Assembly (NCBI RefSeq): GCF_018977255.1 | Contig: NW_024704742.1 | Location: 64,730,001-64,794,000, forward strand | Length of the DNA stretch: 64,000 nucleotides | Direction: 5' to 3' | Source of the DNA: Callorhinchus milii | Lineage: Eukaryota | Shown: piece after piece, positions 52,429 to 64,000 of the stretch | Position numbering within the stretch: the first letter of the stretch is position 1 | Layout of the letters: every line of letters starts with the position of its first letter | Position numbers and translations under genes: made by a program | The notes under the pieces: generated by a model | What the model saw: the letters and a program-made list of their open reading frames with translations, nothing else | What the model was told of the DNA's origin: nothing | Databases searched by the model: none

Positions 52429-52743
52429 TTAATAATAATAATACTTGCATTTGATATAGCACTTTTTACATCGGGAGGACGTCCCAAAGCGCTTCACAGA
52501 ACACACTGTAAAGTGAATTGACTGTATATTTGTGGGCGAACGCGGCAGCCAATTGCGCACAGCAATGTCCCACAAACAGTCGTAGATTGAAAATGACCAA
52601 TTTATTATTGTTTTTGGTTTTGGAGGGATTATTATTAGGCGTGTGGAGTAAGGAAACTTGCCCAAGGTTTCGTGCTGCCTGGAATTGAACTCACATCTCT
52701 CACTTGCAAAGCGAGTGCTCTAACCACTGAGCTACAGGACTCC
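52429..52743 (-). mobile_element. Full-length tRNA-Ala SINE, short subfamily
   Basis: Near-identical to the 7469 copy. Confidence 0.9.
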
Positions 52744-54004
52744 AGTTGCAGATGTACAAAAAGTTGTCCAATCTGCTAGCCGAGCTGCCTACTATTTGAT
52801 CTGACTGCACACAGATGTGTGGTCATCTGTGGCTCCTTAAGGGTTAAATCCTTTTTTTCATGTAAAACTTTTCAGATTTTCATCCAGTTTGTCTCCAGTC
52901 AGTGCTGATAATACTACAACACATTGCATTTATATAGCCCTTTTCATTTTGGGAGGATGTCCCAAGGCGTTGGACAGTTGAGGGTTTGTAGGCAAATGTG
53001 GTGCCTGATTTATGCCCAGTGGAGCCCCATAAACAGCAGTGAATTGAATGATTAAGTTATCTGGATTGTTGGCCAGGATACAGGGAGAAACTCCCTTCTC
53101 NTTTTTAATAATCTCATGAGTTGTTTAATATCCACATTGACAGGCAGGCGAGACTTTGGTTTAACATCTCATCGAGAAGGTTGCCACCTATGACAAAGTA
53201 ACAATCTCCCAGAACTGCACTCAGTTGTAGCCTGGCAAGCTCAAGTTCTGAAAACGTGAAACACACACATACAGAAATCGAGCATTTTATTTTTTGAATG
53301 AACTATTAAATCGAGGTCCAGTCTTTTTATACAGTTGAATGTAAAAGATCCCAAGGCGTTAATAGAAGAGAACCAAGTTTGACCTGGTTTGCCGGCCAAC
53401 AATCCTCCAGATAACTTGGGTCATTCACTTCATGGCTATGTGTGTGGGACCTTGCTGTGTCGCGTTGATCTATAAATACAGTCACTACATTTTACACTGC
53501 ACCTGCCAGGCTTTATAGGCGTTATCAGTTTGCAAGGATCAGTATTTCCATCAGATAATAATAGCTAATAATACCTTGCATTTGATATAGCACGTTATCA
53601 CGTCATTGTGACGTCTCAAAGTGGATTGACTGTGTATTTGGTGGACAAATTGTCAACAGCAATATGCCACAAACAACCACAGAATGATAATTCCCACACA
53701 AAGGGAGTTGCCACATTCCAGACGAGGCTTCCTTATTGCGTCTCCCAACCACTGGTCAGGCTTGTTGTTGGGGGTGGGGGGAGTGGACCGGGAGGAGGGA
53801 GGGGAGGAGGTGATGGAGAAAAAGTGAGAGAATTAGCAGGTCTCGTGTCCGCTCAGAAATTTAACACATCGTTGAGAAGCCCAAAAATAAAAATCGTCAA
53901 AACCTTCACACTTGGGCTGCACTCGTGAACTCAAAGGGATGTCATGCCTCCTATTTGGAAAGATGTTTTTGTGGGGTGGGAGGGTTAGGGGAAAAAAAAT
54001 GTTG

Positions 54005-54031
54005 TCACATTCCTCCAGATTTCCATAAAAG
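54005..54031 (+). promoter_or_regulatory. Putative core promoter of the IF gene (CATAAAA TATA-like box, upstream CATTCC MCAT/TEAD-like motif)
   Basis: CATAAAAG at 54024-54031, about 60 nt upstream of the ATG; CATTCCT at 54007-54013. Motif match only. Confidence 0.4.
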
Positions 54032-54091
54032 CAAAAGGATGACAGAGAGATCTGAAGGCAGAATCAGGCTGTGCAGGAAGCTACAGTAAAG

Positions 54092-54545
54092 ATGAGGAGC
54101 ACCTCTTACTCCAAGCAGACCATGTCCACCAGCTCGGCTTGCAGGAGTGGGCTGAGGCTGCATAGCCACTCACCCTCCCGTTCCATGGATACCCGTGGGC
54201 GGGCTGGCTACCAGGGGCCAGCGATCTCTAGCGGCCCCCTGCAAACCCGACCCAACGAGAAGCAAGAGATGCAGCAGCTCAACAGCTTCTTCGCCGGCTA
54301 CATTGAGAAGGTGAGGAGCCTGGAGCAGCGGAACTCGATGTTGAGGCTGCAGCTGGAGTCCCTACAGGGCAAGGCCATGGGCGTGCAAGATCTGGAGGAT
54401 GAGTTCCAACCCCGCTTCAAAGAGCTGAAGGATCTGATCGAGCGCCTGACCCACGAGAAAGGAGTGGCCGAGATAGAGAAGGGCAACATCCAGGAGGAGG
54501 TTGAACTCTGGACTCAGAAATGGCAGGAAGAGCTGGAGCTCAAAG
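54092..54545 (+). CDS. Cytoplasmic intermediate filament protein (type III/IV-like), exon 1: head, coil 1A, start of coil 1B
   Basis: ATG at 54092; Ser/Arg-rich head, then NEKQEMQQLNSFFAGYIEKVRSLEQRN (coil 1A); ends AAA G|gtaaag, phase 1. Confidence 0.92.
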
Positions 54546-54599
54546 GTAAAGGGTTGGCTTTTTATTGGGAAGAAAGAGTGTGTGTGTGTGTGTACTTAT

Positions 54600-55062
54600 T
54601 AATGGTAATCCCTGCATTTGATATGGTGCCTCATCACGTTGAGACATCTTAAAGCGCTTCACAGGATATACTGTAAAGTGGATTGACTGTGTATTTTGTG
54701 GGCAAAGCAAGGCAGTCAATTGCGCACAGCCAATTACCACAAGCAGTCGTGGATTGAGTGAATGTTTTGTTAAAGCGATTTTTACCACCGGAAAGTAATC
54801 TGCCAATCGACTAATCAACCAGGTCCTTAGTTACTGCTAGTTAAACAAAGGCGTGTGGAGTAAGGAAACTTGCCTAAGGTTTCACTCTACCCGGGTTCTC
54901 TCTCTCGCGAGACAAATGCTCTAATCAATACGCTACAGGACTCCATGATAAGATACTAAATCAAAATATACAGTCAATTCACTTTACAGAATATTCTGTG
55001 AAGCGCTTTGAGAAGTCTCGACAACGTAATAAGGCGCTATATCAAATACAAGCGTTATTATT
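54600..55062. mobile_element. Two oppositely oriented SINEs in IF intron 1 (54600-54944 minus, full length; 54964-55062 plus, tail only)
   Basis: Direct similarity to the SINE family. Confidence 0.85.
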
Positions 55063-55143
55063 AGAAGTAAAATTTAGACTAGGGTGGTATTATCCTACAT
55101 TGTACAAAAATAAGAAATAAAGCGTTCTCTTTCACCCTTAAAG

Positions 55144-55812
55144 ATGAAGCCGAGAGGATCCTGAGGGAATTCCGGAAGGATGTGGACGACGCCACCCTGC
55201 AGAAAGTCGAACTGGAGAGAAAGATTGAGCAGCTGCTGGCGGAGATCGCCTTCCTGAAGAAAGTGCATGACGAGGAAGTGGCTGAACTGCTTAGGCAGAT
55301 CAAAGAGTCTAAGGTCTCTGTGGAGATGGCCTCGGAACGCCCAGACCTCGCCGCTGCCCTGCGTTCCGTCCGGCAGCAGATGGAAGAGATCTCCGCCAAG
55401 AACCTCAAGGACGCCGAGGTGTGGTACAAGAACAAATACGATGCCATGAAGCACAACGCCGTCAAGTATGACAACCAGATTGTTGACCTGAAGGAGGACA
55501 TCAACACCCAAATCCAGGAGATCCAAACCCTGCAGGATGAAATTGAGCGCTTGAGGAATAGTAACCTGTACCTGGAGAACAAACTGGAGGAGATGGAGGG
55601 CAATCATCTGGAGGCGGTGGCAAACCTTCAGGGCATCATCACCCAGCTGGAGTGCCAACTCCGAGAAACCAAAGCCGAGATGTTGCGGTACTTGCAGGAT
55701 TATCAGGATCTGCTCAATGTCAAACTGAAGCTGGACGCTGAGATCGCTACCTATAGGAAGCTACTGGAGGCAGAAGAGATGAGGCTGGGGCTGTCTTCAG
55801 AGACAACTACAG
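55144..55812 (+). CDS. Intermediate filament protein, exon 2: coil 1B to the end of coil 2B
   Basis: Pyrimidine tract plus AAG acceptor, in frame with exon 1. Encodes DEAERILREFRKDVDDATL..., PDLAAALR, YQDLLNVKLKLDAEIATYRKLLEAEE (IF rod-end signature); ends ACA G|gtaggt, phase 1. Confidence 0.93.
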
Positions 55813-56069
55813 GTAGGTTCACAGTCTTCCCTTTGCAGGCACATGTTTCTGGTTATACTTGCTCCTCATTCTCCAGAGGATTCACAATCCCCATGGTAGA
55901 TATTGAACACCAGAAACAGATCCTCCCTGAACCTCGAAGGTAATCAATCAAAAAAATTCTGAAATCATCATCCACCTTCGTTACACTATTGCACCTGGCC
56001 TCCTTCCCTTCATTGAGCACATTCATTGTCCCAACAACATGGAATTCATTAATATTTCAGTTAATTTTT

Positions 56070-56510
56070 TTTGGTCAACCCATCACCATGCTTAAGAGTA
56101 TCCAAACCAAGCTGAGATTTCCAAGCATCCCACCTACACGTGGAGATTCCAGAGATAGATTGTTGGAATGGAATCGCACTCTCTCCCTGGAGAGAGACAT
56201 CCTGTTTACCTAATTCCAGATTGTATAAGGCGCAGGTTGGCAAGAGCCAAGGCTTGGGGACCTCAGAGTGTGTGTTGGGGTACTGCTGAAATCTAACCAG
56301 CTAAAAGAGTATAGCTTGCCATTGATTATCGCTGTCTTGCAAACTTTCCTGCTGCTTTCCAGCTTGGAGCACCCTACCCATTAGGGCTTTGACTTGCAGG
56401 ATTAACAGGAGCTGAGTGGGATGATTCCATCCCCAGTGACTGGTCTGCCCTTCCAAGCCCTGCCGATGTGCCAGGCTGGCTGTGCTGTCATCAGTAGTGG
56501 CCTGGAATAG
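56070..56510 (-). repeat. Most complete copy of an unclassified ancient interspersed repeat (consensus about 500 bp)
   Basis: Overlapping homologous pieces at about 6590-6875, 10720-10943, 28968-29070, 30050-30220(-), 41190-41412, 46452-46700 and 49703-49958. Confidence 0.75.
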
Positions 56511-58892
56511 TGCATTACTCAGTTAATTCTTGCGTTTGACTTCCCAAGAAAGGTGTCCCCTACGTAGATTTCATCAGTTAATCTGGACCACGCAAGTCTT
56601 GGGGACTAGTTGGAGATCATTTAAAATGTAATCCACTTTGATGCACATTTCTTTGAAACACAGCTCCATGTATTTAACAACACCTAATGGATGATACCAG
56701 CACTTAACAAAATATTCAAAAATAATAGAAGTGAATAAAATTGATTATCCTTTTTTTGGCTGTTTGTGGAACATGGCTATGCGCAAATTGGCTGCCGTGT
56801 TTGCCTATAAATACAGTCACTACACTTTACAGTAAAATCCTGTAAAGCCCTTTGAGACATTTCAAAGACGTTATATCAAATGCAAAGATTATTATTTTCT
56901 GGGGATAATAATTCCTTGAAATAATAATAAATTAGTCACCTCAATCCACGACTGTTTGTGGGACGCCCCGTACACAATTGGCTGCCGGGTTTTGCCCACA
57001 AAATATTCAGTCAATTCACTTCACAGTATATTCTATGAAGTGCTTTGAAGCGTCTCAAAGACATGTTAAGGCACTATATCAAATGCTAGGATTATTATTA
57101 TTATTTGAGAAGTCTTGGCAATTTGATAAGCTACTATACAAAATGCATGGATTATTATAGATGTGCTGTATATGTTCTTTGTTACCTTTGGTGGTGAATT
57201 GGAACCATGTATGAATGAAGTTATGGGTTTTCACTTTGATAGAGCAATATAATGGGGTAAAGCTTTGACACAGAGTATGAAATACTAGTTTGACTTCTCC
57301 CACCTAAAAAACACCTCTGGGCTACAAAATGCTGTTTATTACGGTGACTGTAAAGTCTAATGATTTTCATCCACCCTCTTTATCTAACTTTGAATCTCAT
57401 CTGAAAACGCTTTGGTTGCGGCTATAGTCACCTCCCTTCCTCCCTTGTTCATTGTCTATATAAATGCAAGTTATTGTTATTTCACCCATCTGGAGGGGGG
57501 GGTTGGGAGGGCAACAGTGAATGAGACTCAATCAGTTTAATTTTCCTCCACTTGCTAACTGTGGGACATTGAGCAGCCCTTTTCATATAAAACATATGGA
57601 AGTACCTGGTACATTCAATCTATCTAAAGGAAAACTAATTTCTGAAAGAGATTACTGCTGAAGAAAGCACTGAATGCAAAGAATTAACTGAGAAAGTAAC
57701 AAATTCCATGCTGGAAAGGGAATGTGCTCAATGAAGGCAAGGAGGCCGGAGTTCAATAGTTTAATGAAGATGGATGAGGATTTGGGAATGTTTTTGATTG
57801 ATTACCTTTGGGTTTTAGGGAGGATCTGTTTCTGGTGTCCAATATCTTGCCATTGGGACTGAGTCTGTTCTTTTGGTAATAGAGCTACTAACTTTCCTCC
57901 TCTGTGTTTCAGGTGATTAATGGATTATTTCACCTTGGGCCAACCAGAGAAATGAGTGCTCCTTTCAATAGTTTGGAATAGTTGAGAGCATGAACTTGCT
58001 GGCTCTGTGGTGATAGGAGAGGCTAGCAAAGTGGGCTCAGGAGGCATGGGGAATGAGGCAAGCAGAAGAGAAAGTGAGGGAACACAGTTGGCACAGTTGT
58101 GTAGAGGGATGAGAAAAAGGCTAGTCTTTCAGAAATACCTTCAATTTTATAGGTTTGCATTGCCATATGCAGCTCATGGAACTCCAAACTAAACAACAAC
58201 AAACAGCATCAAACTATACACACAGGAGTTGCCAGCCTGGCTCAGTTGGTAGCTCTCTCGCTTCTGAGACAGAAGGTTGTAGGTTCAAGCCCCATGTTGG
58301 GATTTAGAACTCAAAATCTAGGCTGTCAATCATCCCAGTACTGGGGTGTGCTGCTGTTGGAGCTATCGAAAAATTTAACCAAGGTCCCGCCTACCTGTTC
58401 AAGTGGATGTTAAACATCCCATACCACTATTCGAAAAGTGTCCTGGCCAACAGTCCACCAAATAAAATTGGCTTTCATTTCATGCTCTGTGGCACATTAC
58501 TGTGCTCAAAATTAACTGGAACTTTCACCCTCAAAGTCAGACATTACACTTTACAGTTGACCCCTATGAAGCTCTTTGAAACATCCTCTTGCACTATACC
58601 ATAGGTTTCGTTACAGGTCAAACCTTGTAACAAAGTACATTTCTGTAATTACAGCCCTATCTCAAACCATTGTACATCTGCCACTGGTGTTGATAATATA
58701 ATAATCCTTGCATTTGATATAGTGCCTTATCACGTCATTGAAACGGCTCAAAGAACTGCACAGAATATACTGTAAAGTGAATTGACTGTATATTTTGTGG
58801 GCGAAACGTGGAGGTCAATTGCACACAGTAGTGTCCCACAAACAATTATTATCCCCAGATACCCTGACTGACTGGTACCTTTTATTTTTCAG

Positions 58893-58978
58893 AACATGGC
58901 TCTTCTGTTACAAGAGAGAAAACTCAATCGGTCAAACGTAAAGTGGAAACCCACACATCTCGCAGCGTGACTGCGTGA
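58893..58978 (+). CDS. Intermediate filament protein, probable terminal exon (tail EHGSSVTREKTQSVKRKVETHTSRSVTA*)
   Basis: Acceptor ttttatttttcag, phase-1 compatible; S/T-rich tail with VKRKVET resembling the type III IKTVET tail motif; TGA at 58976-58978; AATAAA at 59211 and 59301. Full protein 402 aa. Confidence 0.7.
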
Positions 58979-59210
58979 GGAGTTTCAGGAACTAGGAAAT
59001 CAATCACAGAACACACGTCAAATGAAGCAATAGCCCATCCAGTGATTAACTGTCACTTGAGCTGAAGTGATCTTGATTAGATAAGTTACATTTTAACAGT
59101 GAGTAAACAAACAAGTGCTAAATTCTGTGGTCTGGTTCTAAAATGTATCAGCCTGAGCATCAGAAAAATGAACGCAACAGCAGTAAGTAAGGAGTACTGG
59201 TGGCTGAATT

Positions 59211-59216
59211 AATAAA
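59211..59216 (+). terminator. Polyadenylation signal of the IF gene
   Basis: AATAAA about 230 nt after the predicted stop codon; a second one at 59301. Confidence 0.5.
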
Positions 59217-59644
59217 GCTTAACATGACAGCACAATTGCACAGTGGTCATTTGTAATGTTATTTTGGGAATTTGCAGCGCTGCAAATCTATTTTTCCACA
59301 AATAAATCAGACCACCAGATATCACCACATGACTCAACTGGGTACAGTCCCAACTCTTAACAGCAAACTATTTAGGTATGAAGCCCAACATATCCCATCC
59401 AAGGAGCCTTTGAAAACTACACATTTTTAAAAACTTCACAAAACATAAATTGATTGAAATAATAACTTCAATTTTAGATAAATGATGAAAATGAATTCCT
59501 CATAATCCTGACAGTTTGCTATGAAGTGGGGCACACTTTTCATTGTCCCATAAGTAGTTCAAATGCCTGAGTTATGAGGTGGCTCTAAAACACACTGCCA
59601 TTTTGCCTAAAGCTGGAGTGTAGCAATAACAGCTGGACAAAGGG

Positions 59645-59843
59645 TAATAATAATATAATAATAATAATCCTTGCATTTGATATAGCGCTTTTCACGTCGG
59701 GAGGACGTCCCAAAGCGCTTCACAGAACACACTGTAAAGTGAATTGACTGTATATTTGTGGGTGAACGGGGCAGCTAATAGCGCACAGCAATGTCCCACA
59801 AACAGTCGTAGATTGAAAATGACCAATTTATTATTGTTTTTGG
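59645..59843 (-). mobile_element. tRNA-Ala SINE, short subfamily, 3' half
   Basis: Same core and tail as the 52429 copy. Confidence 0.85.
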
Positions 59844-61190
59844 TAACAGCAAATAAGATTATGGAAGTTTCTATTACACAATTTTAGTGGGTTTTTTTGT
59901 ATATAAAACATCCAGTGCAAGCTACAGAACAAGTGGTTATTAATTCCAAGATCAATTATAATAGAAAAAGTCATCTTTGTCCACCTGTGTTCCATTTTAG
60001 GCTCATCAAAGTGAGACACAGATCCCTCAAAAAAAAATGGTCACTCAATCCAAGACTGTCTGTGGGATCCTGTTGTACTCAATTGGCTGCCACGCTTCAC
60101 CCACAAAATACAGTCAATCGACTTTACAGTATATTCTGTGAAGCACTTTGAGTTGTTTCAATTATGTTATAAGGCGTTGAATCAAATGCAAGGATTATTA
60201 TTAGTGAACATTTCCCATTTGGGGCAGCCAATAACAGACAACAGTATTCTCACTCCACCCAGGTCTATCACACATGACTGAAGAATTAAAACTCCCATTG
60301 CTTCGTCCCAGCCCTTCTTACTTCTCTCAAATGAGATTGCTAATTCAGGATCAGTTTTCAAGATGAAGAGCCACAGTAACTGAATTGAGACCGACTACCC
60401 AGTTTGCATTACAACCCAACAGACTGAGGATATTTTCATCCAGTCAGTCTGGGCTAAATTTGAAGCCAAGTCCCTAAGGGGAAAAACTAATGTGTAAACC
60501 ATGCTTCCACCAGTTATTTCCCTCCTCTCTGTCAATTTTAAATCTTCTTAGATTTCACATGCACTCACATATTCTTATTCTAATATTGTAAACTAATCAG
60601 GGTATCTCTACTCTATACAGTAATATTAATGAATCAGTCAGTTTCAGACAAACATCCAAATCTCGAGAGCTGAGCTGTTCAAAGCAGCACACGCGAGAGA
60701 AATGCCTGAAGCTAAGAGGTCATTGCAGTGCAGTAGATAGAAGTCACTTATGCAGCAGTTGATAAAAAAGCCAGACCAATATGGTTGCAATCAGTGTCAT
60801 CGGATGCTGAGGTTAAATGGAAAAACTTCAACCCACTTTGCATGGTCTTTAAAACCTCTTCCCTGTGATAAGTCAAAAGTGCTAATTAGATTGCACATTA
60901 ATGTTGTATTCACTGAAGATAGCCACGGATGCCCAATGATATGTCATAATGATGCAAATAGCAGCCAGGAAATTTAGTACAGTGGTGTAAAAGTTACTTA
61001 TATATGATAGTCTCATTGACAAACTAGACCCAACAAAAATGCCTTGAATTACTGAAGACCTGAGTGGCTTCCTTTTCAGTTAAACCTTGGGGAGGCCCCA
61101 CTTACTTTAGGTTTGGATTTCAAGCCCCACAGCAAAATCCAGATGCTGTTCAACTAAAGCATACATCACTGTTGACCAGCAAAGCAGTTA

Positions 61191-61731
61191 ACAACAACAA
61201 CAACAAGATTCCATTTATAAAGCGCCTTTCACGTCAGGAGGACGTCCCAAGGCGCTGCACAGTTGGGTCATGACCCGAGCAGGGGGGAAATGGTCAGGGT
61301 GAGGGGAGGGAAGGGAGGGAGCGAGGAGGGGGAAATGGTCAGGGTGAGGGGAGGGAAGGGAGGGAGCGAGGAGGGGGAAGAGAGTCGAGAGGGGAGCTGA
61401 AGGCTCGGTCAAAGAGAAAGGTTTTGAGACCGGCCTTGAAGGAGGAAAGGGAGGAAGCAAAGCGAAGGCACTGGGGGATGGAGTTCCAGAGCCTGGGGGC
61501 TGAGAGGCTGAAGGCCCGACCACCGATGGTAGGGTGGTTGGGGCGGGGGACGTGGAGCAGACCGGAGCCAGAGGAACGGAGGGTACGGGCAGGTAGGTAG
61601 GGGATAGTAGGTTGGAGAGGTAGGAGGGAGCAAGGCCGTGAATGGCCTTGTAGGTGAGGATGAGGATCTTGAAATCAATCCTCTGGGGGATGGGGAGCCA
61701 GTGGAGGCGAGCGAGGGTGGGAGGGTGGGAG
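61191..61731 (-). mobile_element. L2 LINE 3' fragment with an internal duplication of about 46 bp in the 3' UTR
   Basis: LARLHWLPIPQRIDFKILILTYKAIHGLAPSYLSNLL plus tail. Confidence 0.92.
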
Positions 61732-62286
61732 TTAAAAGACTTTGGGACGGCCACATCCCAAATTTAGCAGATGCTCTTTAAGGAAATAAACTCAAGTATT
61801 GGGGATTGGCATTACTCAATGGACAAATCAATCCTGGTGGGCTACATGGGAAGATTCAGATACAGCCTCCCAAGCCAAATTGCCCCCATCTGTTTCCAAC
61901 CGGTATCACATTGCCCTCTCAGAGGCAGAGATCACTCAACCAATACGAAAGGAGTACTGTGAGGACGAACGAAATGATATTATGTCGACACGTGGTCTTC
62001 AAGCAATAATCCATCTCCAGATAGCAAGCAAGACTGAGAACCATGGACTATTTCGCCTCCTTAACCTAGGGACAAATATAGTCTCCCAACTCCAGCCCCG
62101 TTGACATTAGCTGACTCAGTATGGATTGAGACTTGAAACTGCAACTTTCTGGTCTTTACTACCCAGTTCTCATCTGACATCCACAGTCACACTGCTCTAT
62201 GATTTTCACCCTTCATAACCTAGGGGCACAAAGGACAATATTCTTTATGTCTAAGATCAACTAATTTAGCACAGACCTGGAATTCA

Positions 62287-62567
62287 ATAATAATAATAAT
62301 CCTTGCATTTGATATAGTGCTTTTCACGTCTTCTAGATGTCTCAAAGTGCTTCACACAATATACAGTAAAGTGAATTTACTGTATATTTGTGAGCGAAAT
62401 GCGGCAGCCAATTGCACACAGCAGTGTCCCACAAACAGTTGTGGATTGAAGTAACCAATTTATTATTATTTTCCTTTCTAGAGGGATTGTCATCAGGTGT
62501 GCAGAGTAAGGAAATTTGCCCATGGTTTTGCCCTGTTGGGAATTGAACTCAGGTTTCTCGCTTGCGA
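62287..62567 (-). mobile_element. tRNA-Ala SINE, short subfamily
   Basis: Tail, core and partial tRNA head present. Confidence 0.85.
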
Positions 62568-63000
62568 ATTCAACCCATGACTTTCTAATTTCTATGGCTC
62601 AGCGATATACTGGACGGTTCATAGCTACCAGAACATCATTATGCACTAGTCAAGAGTAAAGACTAATAACAACTGGAATCCTATTCAACATTTGCTGAAA
62701 CATTAGAACCTAACCTGTCATAACGAAGTTCCAATTAAGATCAGGGTTGGAAAGGACCAGCGTAGTTTAAAAAACTGTTTACTTAACACTTTTTCTGAGT
62801 CCATTTACAATATTCCATTACAGAAAGTTGTATAAGGAAAATGTATCCCACAAGTTAATCTTCCTCAATTCTTTGGAAAGACACTTCAGGAAAGCATCAT
62901 CACTGCTCAAAATTCGAGTCCTGCGTTCTCCTTCCAAAAGCTTCCCTGGCCCCCGCTCAGACAGCACTTCTCCACTCTCTTTGATCAAAAGACAAAGTTA

Positions 63001-63100
63001 TTAAGTTTTCCGCTTCTGTCTCTTCATGGCCTTCCATTCACCCTCCTGCGTGGCCAGATTTTGGAACAAGGATTTCACCTTCCTCTTCCTCTCCGCATCC
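63001..63100 (-). CDS. NOP14: Nucleolar protein 14, last coding exon
   Basis: tttgtttcag acceptor, then (G)DAERKRKVKSLFQNLATQEGEWKAMKRQKRKT* ending in TAA at 63003-63001; matches the NOP14 C-terminus as recalled (DAERKRKVKQLFNSLATQEGEWKALKRKKFKK). Confidence 0.92.
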
Positions 63101-64000
63101 CTGAAACAAAGTAAACCAAGAATGTGACCAAACAGGGCAGTAAAAGCATTTAGTCACCACTTGACTCTACCGTTGATGTGCTAAATGTTTCATTAAAATG
63201 GCGAGCTGCACCATAGCCATAATTAGGAGATAGGGTTAAAAACATAGCTGCCACAAAGCGGTCTTAAACCTTTAGGTGGACAGTGTAAAGAGAGCGTGAT
63301 GAACTTTGAGACAATGGTATTGCTGGAATTATCTGAAAGGAAATTCAGCTGGGAAATGTGGGAAGAGATTGTTCGACTAGATATTTCTTCCCTCTTGCAT
63401 CTCAGTTAAGTGAAACTAATGTACTTATTCTCTTAAAGGAAGTCTTTGTATGTGTGTGAATGGTTGAGTCAAGTCTCAGATTAATTTAGGCCTTCAAATT
63501 TTGGCAGTCTAGAGCTCTAGAGTGACTTATCAGGTTGTCCACAAAAACAGATCTTTGTCACTTCTATTAAAATGGGGATAACAAATATCCAGGCGGGATT
63601 GCAAATGAATGATCTAAAAAAAAGGGTTCTGATTAAATCTGAAACCAACTGAGTACACATTACAAATGATTTAAGACCATCAAGCACATGTGAAAATTAG
63701 ATTAGTTTTGAAATCACTTCCCAGTATCTTTCGCGTTACAATTACATACAGCATTATGTTGCAATTTAGATCCTCCTGCCAGCGAATAAATCTTAGTACA
63801 CTCCAATCCTGTGAGACAGGTTTGATCACTGTTTCAACATTACAACAACTTGCATTTATATAGGGCCCTTAACACAGGATAGCATTCTCTGAGCACTGAG
63901 TTAAAAAAAATTCTGTAGTTCAATTGGTATTCAGGAATTTTATGCTACAATATAATCTAAATCCTGTTCAGATCAGGAAGTAAAATGCAATCTCACAAAC

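Noticed and set aside
55079..55658. Antisense ORFs of 174 and 187 aa over IF exon 2
   Set aside because: Shadow ORFs from the codon bias of a coiled-coil coding exon.

Overview
Vertebrate genomic DNA, most likely a cartilaginous fish and probably a chimaera (inferred from the tRNA-Ala/Deu/L2-tail SINEs and the L2 and CR1 content). Three protein-coding genes are supported. (1) The 5' end of a GRK4/5/6-subfamily kinase on the minus strand: exon 1 at 33853-33904 and exon 2 at 17424-17519; exon 3 was not found, so the gene runs off the left edge. It is called GRK4 by synteny with NOP14. (2) A complete, apparently intact 3-exon cytoplasmic intermediate-filament gene on the plus strand (54092-58978, 402 aa). 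Its intron positions match neither type III nor type IV IF genes, and its coil-1A LNDR motif reads LNSF. (3) The last coding exon of NOP14 on the minus strand (63001-63100). The rest is dense in SINEs, L2 and CR1 fragments, hAT and Tc1/pogo-type MITEs, GC-rich minisatellites around the GRK promoter, and several local inverted duplications. Almost all long ORFs in the supplied track are artefacts of low-complexity repeats or LINE fragments. Repeat boundaries are approximate and family names come from memory, not from a database search.
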